NCBI GenBank assembly: GCA_001820215.1
Contig: MHOW01000011.1
Coordinates: 13,579-52,255, forward strand
Origin: Candidatus Staskawiczbacteria bacterium RIFCSPLOWO2_01_FULL_33_13
GTDB taxonomy: Bacteria; Patescibacteriota; Minisyncoccia; Minisyncoccales; Staskawiczbacteraceae
Direction: 5' to 3'
DNA: 38,677 nt
Each line of letters opens with the position of its first letter. The stretch's first letter is position 1. Below the pieces are notes generated by a model that was given only the letters and a program-made list of their open reading frames with translations, was not told the origin of the DNA and did no database searches. Made by a program: the position numbers and the translations under genes. This document shows positions 1 through 8,201 of the stretch, one piece after another.

Positions 1-391
1 TATATTTTAATAATATCACATCGCGATATTTTTCATCCAATAATTTTACAACACCTATTAATTCTTTACCGGTTAACTGATCTTCAATTTTATTGCGAGG
101 GTCAGTGCTTGGGGTAAATCCTTTTTCCATAATCTGGTTTAAAGAGATGCTTTTTTTCTTGCGAGATTCATCAATAATAATATTAGTTGCGGTGCGGTAA
201 AGAAAGGCCCTGATATTTTCTATTTGGTTTCCGTCAGCAATATATTTCCATGTTCGGCAGTAAGCCTCTTGGACCACATCTTTTGCTTTTTCGCTATCAA
301 ACACACGATAATAACAATAGCGGAAAATAGCATCGGAATACTTATCGTAGGCTTGTAAAAATTGTTGCTCTTTTTGGGCTTTTTCTAACAT
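1..391 (-). CDS. ECF-type RNA polymerase sigma-70 factor (partial, 3' end outside window)
   Basis: Not in the ORF track. Manual translation from ATG 391: MLEKAQKEQQFLQAYDKYSDAIFRYCYYRVFDSEKAKDVVQEAYCRTW...NIRAFLYRTATNIIIDESRKKK...LDEKYRDVILLKY, matching ECF sigma region 2 and the start of region 4. Confidence 0.92.
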   Translation of the reverse strand, partial: MLEKAQKEQQFLQAYDKYSDAIFRYCYYRVFDSEKAKDVVQEAYCRTWKYIADGNQIENIRAFLYRTATNIIIDESRKKKSISLNQIMEKGFTPSTDPRNKIEDQLTGKELIGVVKLLDEKYRDVILLKY

Positions 392-395
392 ATAT

Positions 396-420
396 GACGC
401 AAATGTATTATATTACTTAC
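396..420 (-). promoter_or_regulatory. ECF-type promoter GTAAG-N16-CGTC in front of the sigma gene
   Basis: Minus strand reads gtaag taatataatacatttg cgtc atat ATG; the same motif and spacing occur at three other sites. Confidence 0.75.
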
Positions 421-648
421 GGTAATTATCATACCTTAAATTACGAAATGCTTTCAAGGGATTTTTTTCCAAATTTAGAAGCGAAAATTTGATAGAATTG
501 TTTTGAGTAGCTAGTCTACCCAAAACAATTATAGCGAATTTGTAGCCTAAATTTGGAGAAAAGACTTGAAATATGCTTCTAAATAGCGCATTTCGTAATT
601 TAAGGTACATATAGTGCAACTTATTACAACCCTTTAGGCTTTAAAACC

Positions 649-683
649 TAAAGCAAAACCCCCCGCACGGGGGTTTTGCTTTA
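649..683. terminator. Intrinsic terminator downstream of 710..1198
   Basis: Inverted repeat taaagcaaaaccccc / gggggttttgcttta. Confidence 0.75.
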
Positions 684-709
684 TAATAGAACTATCAAAG
701 GCTATATTA

Positions 710-1198
710 CTATAAGCCTATGCTTGTAGTAATATCTAGAGCGCTATCAGTATTTACTTGTACTGATGATTCGTTACTATAAAGGCTAGCTTGACCCGAC
801 AAGGATGATCCAGCAGATACATCTGTATTATCTGATTCTACTTCAACTAAACCTGAAACCGAAGTATTAGCTTTTGTATCTACGCTAGTTTCTGATTTTA
901 TTTCAGCTTCCACTCGGCCAGTGGCATCATTTTTAACAGAACCTGCGGCATTATTATTATTGCCTTGGGCTTTAATTCTAAAAAGACTATTAAGATCAAA
1001 TCCCATATTTGCATTTGCATCGCTATCTACTTGATTATCAACACCACCATCTACTTGTGTGTTAACTGTAGCTTCAGTTTGCATTGATGTATCAACGGTA
1101 GCTGAATTTTGGGCAGGAGGGGCCAACACTGCTACTCCTCCCGAACCCGCAATCGCAAACGAAAGAAACAACGAGATCGCTTTATTTATCATTATCAT
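710..1198 (-). CDS. Secreted low-complexity (S/T/N/V/A-rich) hypothetical protein
   Basis: 162-aa ORF with an N-terminal hydrophobic segment, an upstream ECF motif and a downstream terminator. Confidence 0.75.
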   Translation of the reverse strand: MIMINKAISLFLSFAIAGSGGVAVLAPPAQNSATVDTSMQTEATVNTQVDGGVDNQVDSDANANMGFDLNSLFRIKAQGNNNNAAGSVKNDATGRVEAEIKSETSVDTKANTSVSGLVEVESDNTDVSAGSSLSGQASLYSNESSVQVNTDSALDITTSIGL

Positions 1199-1337
1199 GT
1201 TTTTAGTTTTTTACCCGGTCAAATAATTATGCTTTTTTAAAAAAGCATAATTAAAATCCTTCGGATTTTATTTGATCGGGTGAATTTTATTTATATACAA
1301 TAAAGAAGAGGGCGACTAACCCCTCTTCACAACTTAA

Positions 1338-1362
1338 GACGAATCCCATAATAAATCCTTAC
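1338..1362 (-). promoter_or_regulatory. ECF-type promoter GTAAG-N16-CGTC for 710..1198
   Basis: Minus strand reads gtaag gatttattatgggatt cgtc. Confidence 0.75.
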
Positions 1363-1400
1363 ATTGCATTAATATCTTGATTTAATGCGTGCTTTTAGTT

Positions 1401-1425
1401 GTAAGATAAGGCCTTTTGTTCCGTC
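1401..1425 (+). promoter_or_regulatory. ECF-type promoter GTAAG-N16-CGTC for 1544..1684 and 1747..2439
   Basis: Plus strand reads gtaag ataaggccttttgttc cgtc. Confidence 0.75.
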
Positions 1426-1543
1426 TTTTTTATTACAAAGGCCGAACCTATATAAAAGAAACAATAAAGCATCGCGGGTTTTTTGCATTTGAATCGTCGC
1501 AAAAATTCCAGGTGATTTTATTCGTTTTGTTCCATAAAATCAT

Positions 1544-1684
1544 ATGAACAAAATACTTTCAATTAAATCAGTGAAAAAAAGCGAGTATTCGTACATTGCA
1601 TTTGTGGGAGCTGCATTGATTTTATTAGGCCTAATGATTGCGCTAGCAAGTCCGGTGAGTGCCGCTTGTTGTGTATCATTTTAA
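1544..1684 (+). CDS. 46-aa signal-peptide-like miniprotein ending VSA-ACCVSF
   Basis: Below the ORF-track cutoff. MNKILSIKSVKKSEYSYIAFVGAALILLGLMIALASPVSAACCVSF* lies between the ECF promoter and the 1747 gene. Confidence 0.5.
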   Translation: MNKILSIKSVKKSEYSYIAFVGAALILLGLMIALASPVSAACCVSF

Positions 1685-1746
1685 AAATATAGAAGGTGGG
1701 GACTAGTCCTCCTTGCCAAATTAAATATTAAAACAAAAAATTATTT

Positions 1747-2439
1747 ATGATAAATACTATAACTATGCAAAAAGTAGCAGCAATTACTATTGCAAGTATA
1801 TTAACGGTTTTTGTGATGGCATTTACAGCTCCTCAAGTATTTGCCCAAAATGGAGCAAATGATGGAATGCATCTTTCTATTAATGCATCGGGAGAAGTAA
1901 ATCTTAAAGGAACCGTATCAGCAGTTTCAAGTTCAACTATCTGGCTTACAACTTGGCTTGGAACATGGACAGTTAATGTTTCGGGGGCAACGGTATTGCC
2001 AAATGGAGCTGTGCTTTCTGATATTAAAGTTGGTGATAAAGTAGCAGTTCATGGAACCATGGGAACAGGAATGACAGTTAATGCAACTAAAATAGCAGAT
2101 CATTCTATCAAGGTAAGGACATTGGCAGGGGTTATTAGCAATTTTAATGCCCCCGCTGGTACACTTACTTTAACTGGTAAAAATAATACGAGTGTTGCCG
2201 TAGAAACTAATAGCGCTACTAAAGTGTTTATTAATGGAGTTGCATCGGTGTTTGGCAATTTAGCCAATGGTATGACTGCAGCAATTTCAGGTTCTTTAAA
2301 CACTAGCACTAATGTGGTAGTAGTCGACACTATTAAAAGCCCTGCTCCGCCTGTAGTAAAAAATGATCACGGAAAATTTAAAAGATTCGTAAATCTTTTT
2401 CCAAATTGGCATAAATGGATAAAAGCAGATAAAGACTAG
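1747..2439 (+). CDS. Secreted protein with tandem DUF5666-like beta repeats
   Basis: Signal peptide ending VFA/Q; two units of G.V..V....I.....V.......T......L..G..V.V.G. Confidence 0.75.
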   Translation: MINTITMQKVAAITIASILTVFVMAFTAPQVFAQNGANDGMHLSINASGEVNLKGTVSAVSSSTIWLTTWLGTWTVNVSGATVLPNGAVLSDIKVGDKVAVHGTMGTGMTVNATKIADHSIKVRTLAGVISNFNAPAGTLTLTGKNNTSVAVETNSATKVFINGVASVFGNLANGMTAAISGSLNTSTNVVVVDTIKSPAPPVVKNDHGKFKRFVNLFPNWHKWIKADKD

Positions 2440-2443
2440 TACC

Positions 2444-2490
2444 TAAATAAAAATCCCCGGCATACTAAAAAGGTCCGGGGATTTTTATTT
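2444..2490. terminator. Bidirectional intrinsic terminator
   Basis: aaataaaaatccccgg / ccggggatttttattt between convergent genes. Confidence 0.85.
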
Positions 2491-2495
2491 TAAAA

Positions 2496-3590
2496 TTATC
2501 TGATGATTTCTTGAAGTTTTGGTTGTTCAGTAGCATTTTCAATATTAAATTTTATTCTGCCTAATACTTGTCCTCGTTGATTTTCTACATATATTCGCCA
2601 AGTTCCAGCTGCTAATTTGGAGTTCCAAGAATATCCTTTGTAGCCCTCTTTTCGGCCCCCATTAACGCTGAAAGATAATTTATTTTTACTAATCCAATCC
2701 TTTTTTTCTTCATCATAATACTGCCAATGATGCACAATGGTGGTATTTAATTTTGGCGGTGCAAAAATAGCGGTATAAAAATATACCACGCTACCCGTTT
2801 TTATATGCAGCGTTTTTGTAGGAATTAATCTTTGCCAAAAATTTTCGGATTCGGCTAGCATGGTATAAGATTTTCCAGACACCGTAATATTATGATATAA
2901 TCCTGCCTCGCGCAGTGATAATGGAATTGGGGGAATTATATTAGTAAAGTAAAGCAGATTCATTACGATAAGTATTGCAAAAATTGAAACAAAGAAATAA
3001 TTTTTTTGCTGTTTTATTTTATCGTAAGCAAAAGACAAAAAATTAATATATAAATAAAAAACAATAATACTTAAGGCACCGGCCAGGATAAATAACCAAG
3101 CACTTAATGAGTGAAAAAGAAAGGGCAAAATAATAGAAAAAAGTGATATGGTGATAAAAAAGTATAGGCTAGTTTGTAAAATCGGTTTTAAAAAGTAGTG
3201 GCGCAACACTTCGTTAGAAATCATCAATACAGTAATAATAAAAATGAATGGCCAGCTAATAGAAAAAGCGCCCGAAAACCAGTAAAAAATTAAAGAACCT
3301 CCCAGTAATGCACCAAAAGTAAACTGAATTAGCAGTGGAGCAAAAAGGCGGAGGAATTTTAATTTTGGCGATATTTTTTGGGCATCATAAAAATTAATAA
3401 ACGCAATAGCGCCTCCAGTAATCAACCAATAGATAAAAAGCAATATAAGGGTTATTTCAATTTGGATATTGGTAAAGGTAATATAGTCAACCAAAAAACC
3501 AACAAGCAAAGTTGTTGGCATTAGCCATCTTTCATAGCGCGTGTAAATAGTTTTAATTTGTTGGTATTTTGATGTAAAAAATTTTTGCAT
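2496..3590 (-). CDS. DUF2914-domain multi-pass membrane protein
   Basis: Many TM segments followed by YFYTAIFAP...IVHHW...GGRKEGYKGYSW...GTWRIYVE...GQVLGR. Confidence 0.85.
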   Translation of the reverse strand: MQKFFTSKYQQIKTIYTRYERWLMPTTLLVGFLVDYITFTNIQIEITLILLFIYWLITGGAIAFINFYDAQKISPKLKFLRLFAPLLIQFTFGALLGGSLIFYWFSGAFSISWPFIFIITVLMISNEVLRHYFLKPILQTSLYFFITISLFSIILPFLFHSLSAWLFILAGALSIIVFYLYINFLSFAYDKIKQQKNYFFVSIFAILIVMNLLYFTNIIPPIPLSLREAGLYHNITVSGKSYTMLAESENFWQRLIPTKTLHIKTGSVVYFYTAIFAPPKLNTTIVHHWQYYDEEKKDWISKNKLSFSVNGGRKEGYKGYSWNSKLAAGTWRIYVENQRGQVLGRIKFNIENATEQPKLQEIIR

Positions 3591-3634
3591 GTATACCGGT
3601 TTTTTAATAAACTAAAATTTTAGAAATGATAGTC

Positions 3635-4663
3635 TTAGTGTTTTACATGTTCAAAATAGTTGGTGCTATTGTAATACTCATCAACCTTTTTGATAATTTT
3701 TTTCATCATGATCACTGATTCCACAGGATAAATTCCGGAAGCCGTTTCATCTGAAAGCATTGTTGCGTCTGCTCCATCAAAAATAGCATTTGCAACATCG
3801 GCGGCCTCTGCTCTGGTTGGAAAAGGATTTTTTGTCATTGAATCAAGCATTTGCGTAGCAACAATTGCGGGTTTGTTGTATTGATGGGCATGCCGTATTA
3901 AGTTTTTTTGGATAATACACAATTCTTCAATTGGCATTTCAATTCCCAGGTCACCCCTAGCTATCATAATGCCATCTGATATTTTTATTATTCCGTCTAT
4001 ATTATCAATAGCTTTAGCTCTTTCTATTTTAGCAATAATATCAACCTTTTTATTTTTAATTACCGATTTTAGCTCTTCAATATCACTGGCCTCCTGCACA
4101 AAAGAAAGAGATAAATAATCGGCACCATTGTTTGAGGCAAATATTGCATCTTCTTTATCTTTTTTACCTAGTGTGTTTTTAATAGTGGTTTCTGGTATAT
4201 TTATTCCTTTTCGGCTAGACACTATGCCGTTTTGCAAAGCCTTAGCATAAATTTTTTTGCCAGTTACTTTTTCAACTCTCAACTCAATTAATTTATTAGA
4301 TAAAAATAATGGTTCTCCTTTTTTTACAAATTTGTAAAGGGTAGGGTAGTCAATAAGCAATTCGTTATTAGTATAGTCTGGATTTTGCAGAGTCAACGCA
4401 TACACTTGGCCTTTAATAATTTTAATATCTTGTGGTAATTTTCCAAATCTTATTCTTGGACCCTGTAAATCAGCCATTATTTCAACGCTAATTCCTGTTT
4501 CTTTCTTTATTTTTGCTAATGAGTTTTTTATTTTAAACCATTGCTCTTGGGTTGCGTGCGAAAAATTAACCCTTGCAATATTCATGCCTTCAAGAGCCAA
4601 TTTTTTTAGTGTTTCGTAATTTTCCGATACTAAACCTATTGTGGCGATTATTTTTGGATTCAT
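3635..4663 (-). CDS. pyk: Pyruvate kinase (barrel and lid only, no C-terminal alpha/beta domain)
   Basis: KIIATIG, ARVNFSH, DLQGP, IIAKIE, GIMIARGDLG, ATQMLDSM, PTRAE..DVANA..DGADATMLSDETA.G.YP. Confidence 0.96.
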   Translation of the reverse strand: MNPKIIATIGLVSENYETLKKLALEGMNIARVNFSHATQEQWFKIKNSLAKIKKETGISVEIMADLQGPRIRFGKLPQDIKIIKGQVYALTLQNPDYTNNELLIDYPTLYKFVKKGEPLFLSNKLIELRVEKVTGKKIYAKALQNGIVSSRKGINIPETTIKNTLGKKDKEDAIFASNNGADYLSLSFVQEASDIEELKSVIKNKKVDIIAKIERAKAIDNIDGIIKISDGIMIARGDLGIEMPIEELCIIQKNLIRHAHQYNKPAIVATQMLDSMTKNPFPTRAEAADVANAIFDGADATMLSDETASGIYPVESVIMMKKIIKKVDEYYNSTNYFEHVKH

Positions 4664-4760
4664 AATTTTTTATTTCATTTAATGGTAGTGATTATAGCAG
4701 AAAGTTATGATTATGAGAAGAGTTGCTACATTTTGACTATGCAATAAAAATGGTGTTACA

Positions 4761-5393
4761 ATGCGTATACTTTATATTATTATGAAAATTACAACGATAA
4801 TAAAATTATTAATCGCGTTGGTTATTTCTCTTTTGGTTATTTATGGATTAATAGCCTTGATTAAATTATTTTCCCCGCAAGGTGTTTTTATATCCTTAAA
4901 ACAACCCTCTGTAGTAACTCAAATTAAATCTTTAAATCGCCTTGAAACAGCTTCTTTTACTATTGAAAAAGTTATTGAGGCGGGGACTGGAGGCAATGCA
5001 TTTCAAAATATTTTGTTTGGAGATAAAATTTTACTTATAGCCCATGGAAATATTATTGCCGGTTTCGATCTCTCAAAATTACAATCTTCTGCTGTTGTAA
5101 TAAAAGGATCTAGTTTGTATATTGAACTTCCTGCGCCAGAAATTCTTGTGAGTAGCCTTGATGAAAACCAAACAAAAGTATACGACCGCAAGCTTGGACT
5201 TTTTACAAAAGGAGATCCAAGCCTAGAGTCAAAAGTACGATTAGCTGCTGAGAATTCAATGAGGCAGGCGGCATGCGATGGGGGAATTTTATCTATTGCT
5301 TCTGATAATGCCCGGAAACAATTTCAAACCACTTTTATCACAGCTGGTTTTAAAGAAGTAATTATAGATATTCCCGTTGGTAAGTGTAATTAA
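4761..5393 (+). CDS. DUF4230-domain membrane-anchored protein (start may be 4782)
   Basis: N-terminal TM; LETA..., AGFDLSK, I.LPAPEI, A...GIL..A..NA motifs. Confidence 0.85.
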   Translation: MRILYIIMKITTIIKLLIALVISLLVIYGLIALIKLFSPQGVFISLKQPSVVTQIKSLNRLETASFTIEKVIEAGTGGNAFQNILFGDKILLIAHGNIIAGFDLSKLQSSAVVIKGSSLYIELPAPEILVSSLDENQTKVYDRKLGLFTKGDPSLESKVRLAAENSMRQAACDGGILSIASDNARKQFQTTFITAGFKEVIIDIPVGKCN

Positions 5394-5410
5394 TAAAAAG
5401 TATAATTTAT

Positions 5411-5449
5411 AAAAAAATCGTACTCCTTAATAATGGGTACGATTTTTTT
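5411..5449. terminator. Bidirectional terminator
   Basis: aaaaaaatcgtac / gtacgattttttt between convergent genes. Confidence 0.75.
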
Positions 5450-5469
5450 CCTGCTTTTTTCATTAATTT

Positions 5470-5745
5470 TTATCGATGAATGCAACCAGCCCAACAACAA
5501 GGCCTGCGCCTTCCTTCTATAAGTTCTGTGCGTGTTCTCTTAATTCTATGAATTCTCGTTTCCGTTTTCTTAGCGCTTTCAATCCAACAGAGCCACTCAT
5601 TGCGTGCGAGTGGCGTAATGTCCTCCCATGCTATTAGGGTTGATGGAGAAGAGTTAAGGACTTTTTGTAAATCCGCTGGCATTTTATGTACCATACTAGT
5701 GGACATTTTCCCGCCCTGAGCGGAGCCGAAGGGTTTTTTAATCAT
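5470..5745 (-). CDS. YdeI/OmpD-associated family protein
   Basis: PADL...W..ITPLARNEWLCWIESAKKTETR..RI...RRPCCWAGC. Confidence 0.85.
   Translation of the reverse strand: MIKKPFGSAQGGKMSTSMVHKMPADLQKVLNSSPSTLIAWEDITPLARNEWLCWIESAKKTETRIHRIKRTRTELIEGRRRPCCWAGCIHR
5714..5733. repeat. REP-like element CCCTGAGCGGAGCCGAAGGG, in frame in the 5' end of the YdeI-like gene (PFGSAQG)
   Basis: GC-rich 20-mer in AT-rich sequence, resembling the CCTGAGCG.AGTCGAAGG repeat family. Confidence 0.6.
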
Positions 5746-5853
5746 ATTTTATTTATTCTATCCCAAATAATTAATATGTAAACAAAAACCCGAAAATAAA
5801 TTTCAATAGCTTTCTAACTCTAAATTAATTTTTAGATAATTATTATGAAATAA

Positions 5854-5883
5854 TAAAAACAGCCTCGTTTGAGGCTGTTTTTA
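5854..5883. terminator. Intrinsic terminator after 5900..6634
   Basis: taaaaacagcctc / gaggctgttttta. Confidence 0.8.
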
Positions 5884-5899
5884 GGTTTAGTTTGGATAT

Positions 5900-6634
5900 T
5901 TACTTGCCACTTGCAACAAATGACACGCAATCTCCCTGATTTTTAAATTGCGTTCCGTCTGAATGACCCATTGTCATCCAGCCTTCATTTTTGCATTGGT
6001 CTTTGTTAGTTGGAACCGGAATTTCGTAGGTAAAAAGCGTGGTATTAATCAGCGTATTATCTATGTCTAATGCCTGCTCACCGTCTCCAAATGCCCAACT
6101 TGCATCGGCAACTAAGGTAATGCCGGTAACTGTGTAGCTTCCATATTTTGTTAACGCAGCTGCATATGGATCATAGAAGTTACCTGCATCAAGTTGCGAT
6201 GTATCAACGAGGTTTGCCCCTTCAAGGAGGTCTGTGGTATTTAACCAAACTCCTGAAGGACAATTAGTATAGTTTGGCGGCGGACCCATATAAACGAAGA
6301 TATTACCAACATCGGTATTATCTGGGCTTGCCACTTCTATTTGAAACCGAGGAGAACCACCTCCACAAGAATCATCCGCCTCAAAACGGTAATCCGTACT
6401 TAAAGTGGTAATGTCGGCAAAGGTTGTACCGCTCTCGACTCCATATTCAATACCAGCATAACCTGGAGCCGAATCAGATACTAAGTGCACCGCGCGATTT
6501 GAGGCATTTCCGGGTGCAACATATGATGCTTCACCAAAGAATGAATAATGTTCGGGGGAGTGAAATGCGAAGGCCCCGGATGTAAGAGTTAAAAGGGAAA
6601 TTAAGGGAAGGATAATATATTTTAATTTTTTCAT
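5900..6634 (-). CDS. Secreted hypothetical protein with a C-terminal Cys-pair module (PTNKDQCK..GW...FKNQGDCVSF)
   Basis: Signal peptide ending AFA/F; Cys pairs; upstream ECF motif. Confidence 0.8.
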   Translation of the reverse strand: MKKLKYIILPLISLLTLTSGAFAFHSPEHYSFFGEASYVAPGNASNRAVHLVSDSAPGYAGIEYGVESGTTFADITTLSTDYRFEADDSCGGGSPRFQIEVASPDNTDVGNIFVYMGPPPNYTNCPSGVWLNTTDLLEGANLVDTSQLDAGNFYDPYAAALTKYGSYTVTGITLVADASWAFGDGEQALDIDNTLINTTLFTYEIPVPTNKDQCKNEGWMTMGHSDGTQFKNQGDCVSFVASGK

Positions 6635-6746
6635 AATTGTTATGTAATTATTATTTAAATTAAGATTAATATTATGTTCGACCTTTATTCTCGACCTTTT
6701 AAACCTAAAATAATAACATTTTATTATTTTAGGTTATGCAAACGAT

Positions 6747-6771
6747 GACGATTACCAAGGAAAAATCTTAC
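6747..6771 (-). promoter_or_regulatory. ECF-type promoter GTAAG-N16-CGTC for 5900..6634
   Basis: Minus strand reads gtaag atttttccttggtaat cgtc. Confidence 0.75.
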
Positions 6772-6819
6772 ATTAAATCACAAAAATATACATTTATAGT
6801 TATAGCGTAAAAATCGTAA

Positions 6820-6850
6820 AACGAAAACGCCCGAATAGGGCGTTTTCGTT
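6820..6850. terminator. Terminator, probably the original tRNA-Asn terminator displaced by the island
   Basis: aacgaaaacgccc / gggcgttttcgtt, next to the inferred left att junction. Confidence 0.7.
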
Positions 6851-6991
6851 GTGTTCAAAGACCTGCTCTGGATGTTGCACGAGCTTAGAACTGCTATAAA
6901 TTCAAGGATAGAAAACCCATAGATAAAAAATGTGGATATTTGGTAGTAGAATTATTATTAGATTAAGTTTATAATAACAAAATATATATAT

Positions 6992-7957
6992 ATGATTTAT
7001 AAAAGAAATCCTTATTTAGACAAGATTTTTAAGCATTTAACTATACTTGCTTCCATTGTAAAGAGTAAAAATCAATTGTCTTTAAATGATGATAGTAAAT
7101 CCAGCGAATCTTTTTTTAAAGATTTACTGAATATAATTTTTGGTTATAATTTTATTAATTTAAATAATAAAGAAAAAAATTATGCTGGCATAGATCTAGG
7201 AGATGCTTCTGAAAGAATATGCGTTCAGATCACATCAAGTAATACTTCAAAAAAAATACAGGAAACACTCGATATATCTGATAAACATAAAAGATATGAG
7301 GAATACGACGAAATTACTATCCTAATTATAGGATATAAACAAAAATACAAGAAAATTTTCACTTCGAAATTTAAAAAATGCAATGTTTGGGATATCAGGG
7401 ATGTGTTTCAAAAAATTGATTCATTACCTACGCCTCATATAGAAAAAATTATAGAATATCTCGATAGAGAACTAGACACTGTTATTAAAATAAATCCGAT
7501 TGATTTATTAGATAAGGACATTTCAATTATTATTGATATATTATTTAATTATCTTTCGGAAAAAGGCTTTAAAGGTAAGGTAGGGTCACAACAACAGTAT
7601 AAATTAGTCAGAAGGCAAGACGGATTTATAGATAAAAAAAATAATTTAAACAATGTTAATGAGCTACTTTTTAATAGTGAGATTCGCCCTAGTTTAAAAT
7701 ACGATAAAAAAATCGAGGATTTTCTCAAAAATCCCATTAATGTTAATTTTAAGAAAAAATATTTTGCTATCACTGAAATATTTCAAAAAATATATTCTAA
7801 TAATACTGATGAATTTAACGGTATGGCATCTTTATTCGGCTTCATTTTCGACGAGGTAATAACCTATGAAAATAGAGAAAATCTTGACGATAGCAAGTTA
7901 TTAATATTATTACATAATATGTATTTTAATTGTGATTTAGGTAATAATCCTAAATAA
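6992..7957 (+). CDS. lmuA: Lamassu/ABC-3C effector with N-terminal SMEK domain and C-terminal CTD
   Basis: SESFFKDLLN.IFGY...NLN...NYAGIDLGD....ICVQITS...KI..TL (SMEK-like); ends MYFNCDLG, typical of ABC-3C CTDs. Confidence 0.8.
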   Translation: MIYKRNPYLDKIFKHLTILASIVKSKNQLSLNDDSKSSESFFKDLLNIIFGYNFINLNNKEKNYAGIDLGDASERICVQITSSNTSKKIQETLDISDKHKRYEEYDEITILIIGYKQKYKKIFTSKFKKCNVWDIRDVFQKIDSLPTPHIEKIIEYLDRELDTVIKINPIDLLDKDISIIIDILFNYLSEKGFKGKVGSQQQYKLVRRQDGFIDKKNNLNNVNELLFNSEIRPSLKYDKKIEDFLKNPINVNFKKKYFAITEIFQKIYSNNTDEFNGMASLFGFIFDEVITYENRENLDDSKLLILLHNMYFNCDLGNNPK

Positions 7958-7958
7958 A

Positions 7959-8201
7959 ATGTTAAAACCGACAAAATATACAGATCTAAATATTTCCCTG
8001 ATTGCAGTAGTTTCTGAACTTCTTAAGATTTTTAAAGTAAGCAATAGCATTACTTATTCAGAATTACTAAATAAAGTAATACAGAAAAAAGGAATTATTG
8101 CTAAGAATATTTTTTTGCCAGCACTGAGTTTTTTATTTCTTATGGATAAAATTACATACTACGAAAAAAAGGACATAATTGAATATAAAAATGAGAATTA
8201 G
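7959..8201 (+). CDS. lmuC: Lamassu/ABC-3C small middle component
   Basis: 80 aa, MLKPTKY...SLI...LPALSFLFLMDKI.Y, located between the effector and the ATPase. Confidence 0.75.
   Translation: MLKPTKYTDLNISLIAVVSELLKIFKVSNSITYSELLNKVIQKKGIIAKNIFLPALSFLFLMDKITYYEKKDIIEYKNEN

Noticed and set aside
413..619. 68-aa ORF upstream of the sigma gene
   Set aside because: No recognisable features and it overlaps the sigma promoter; probably spurious.
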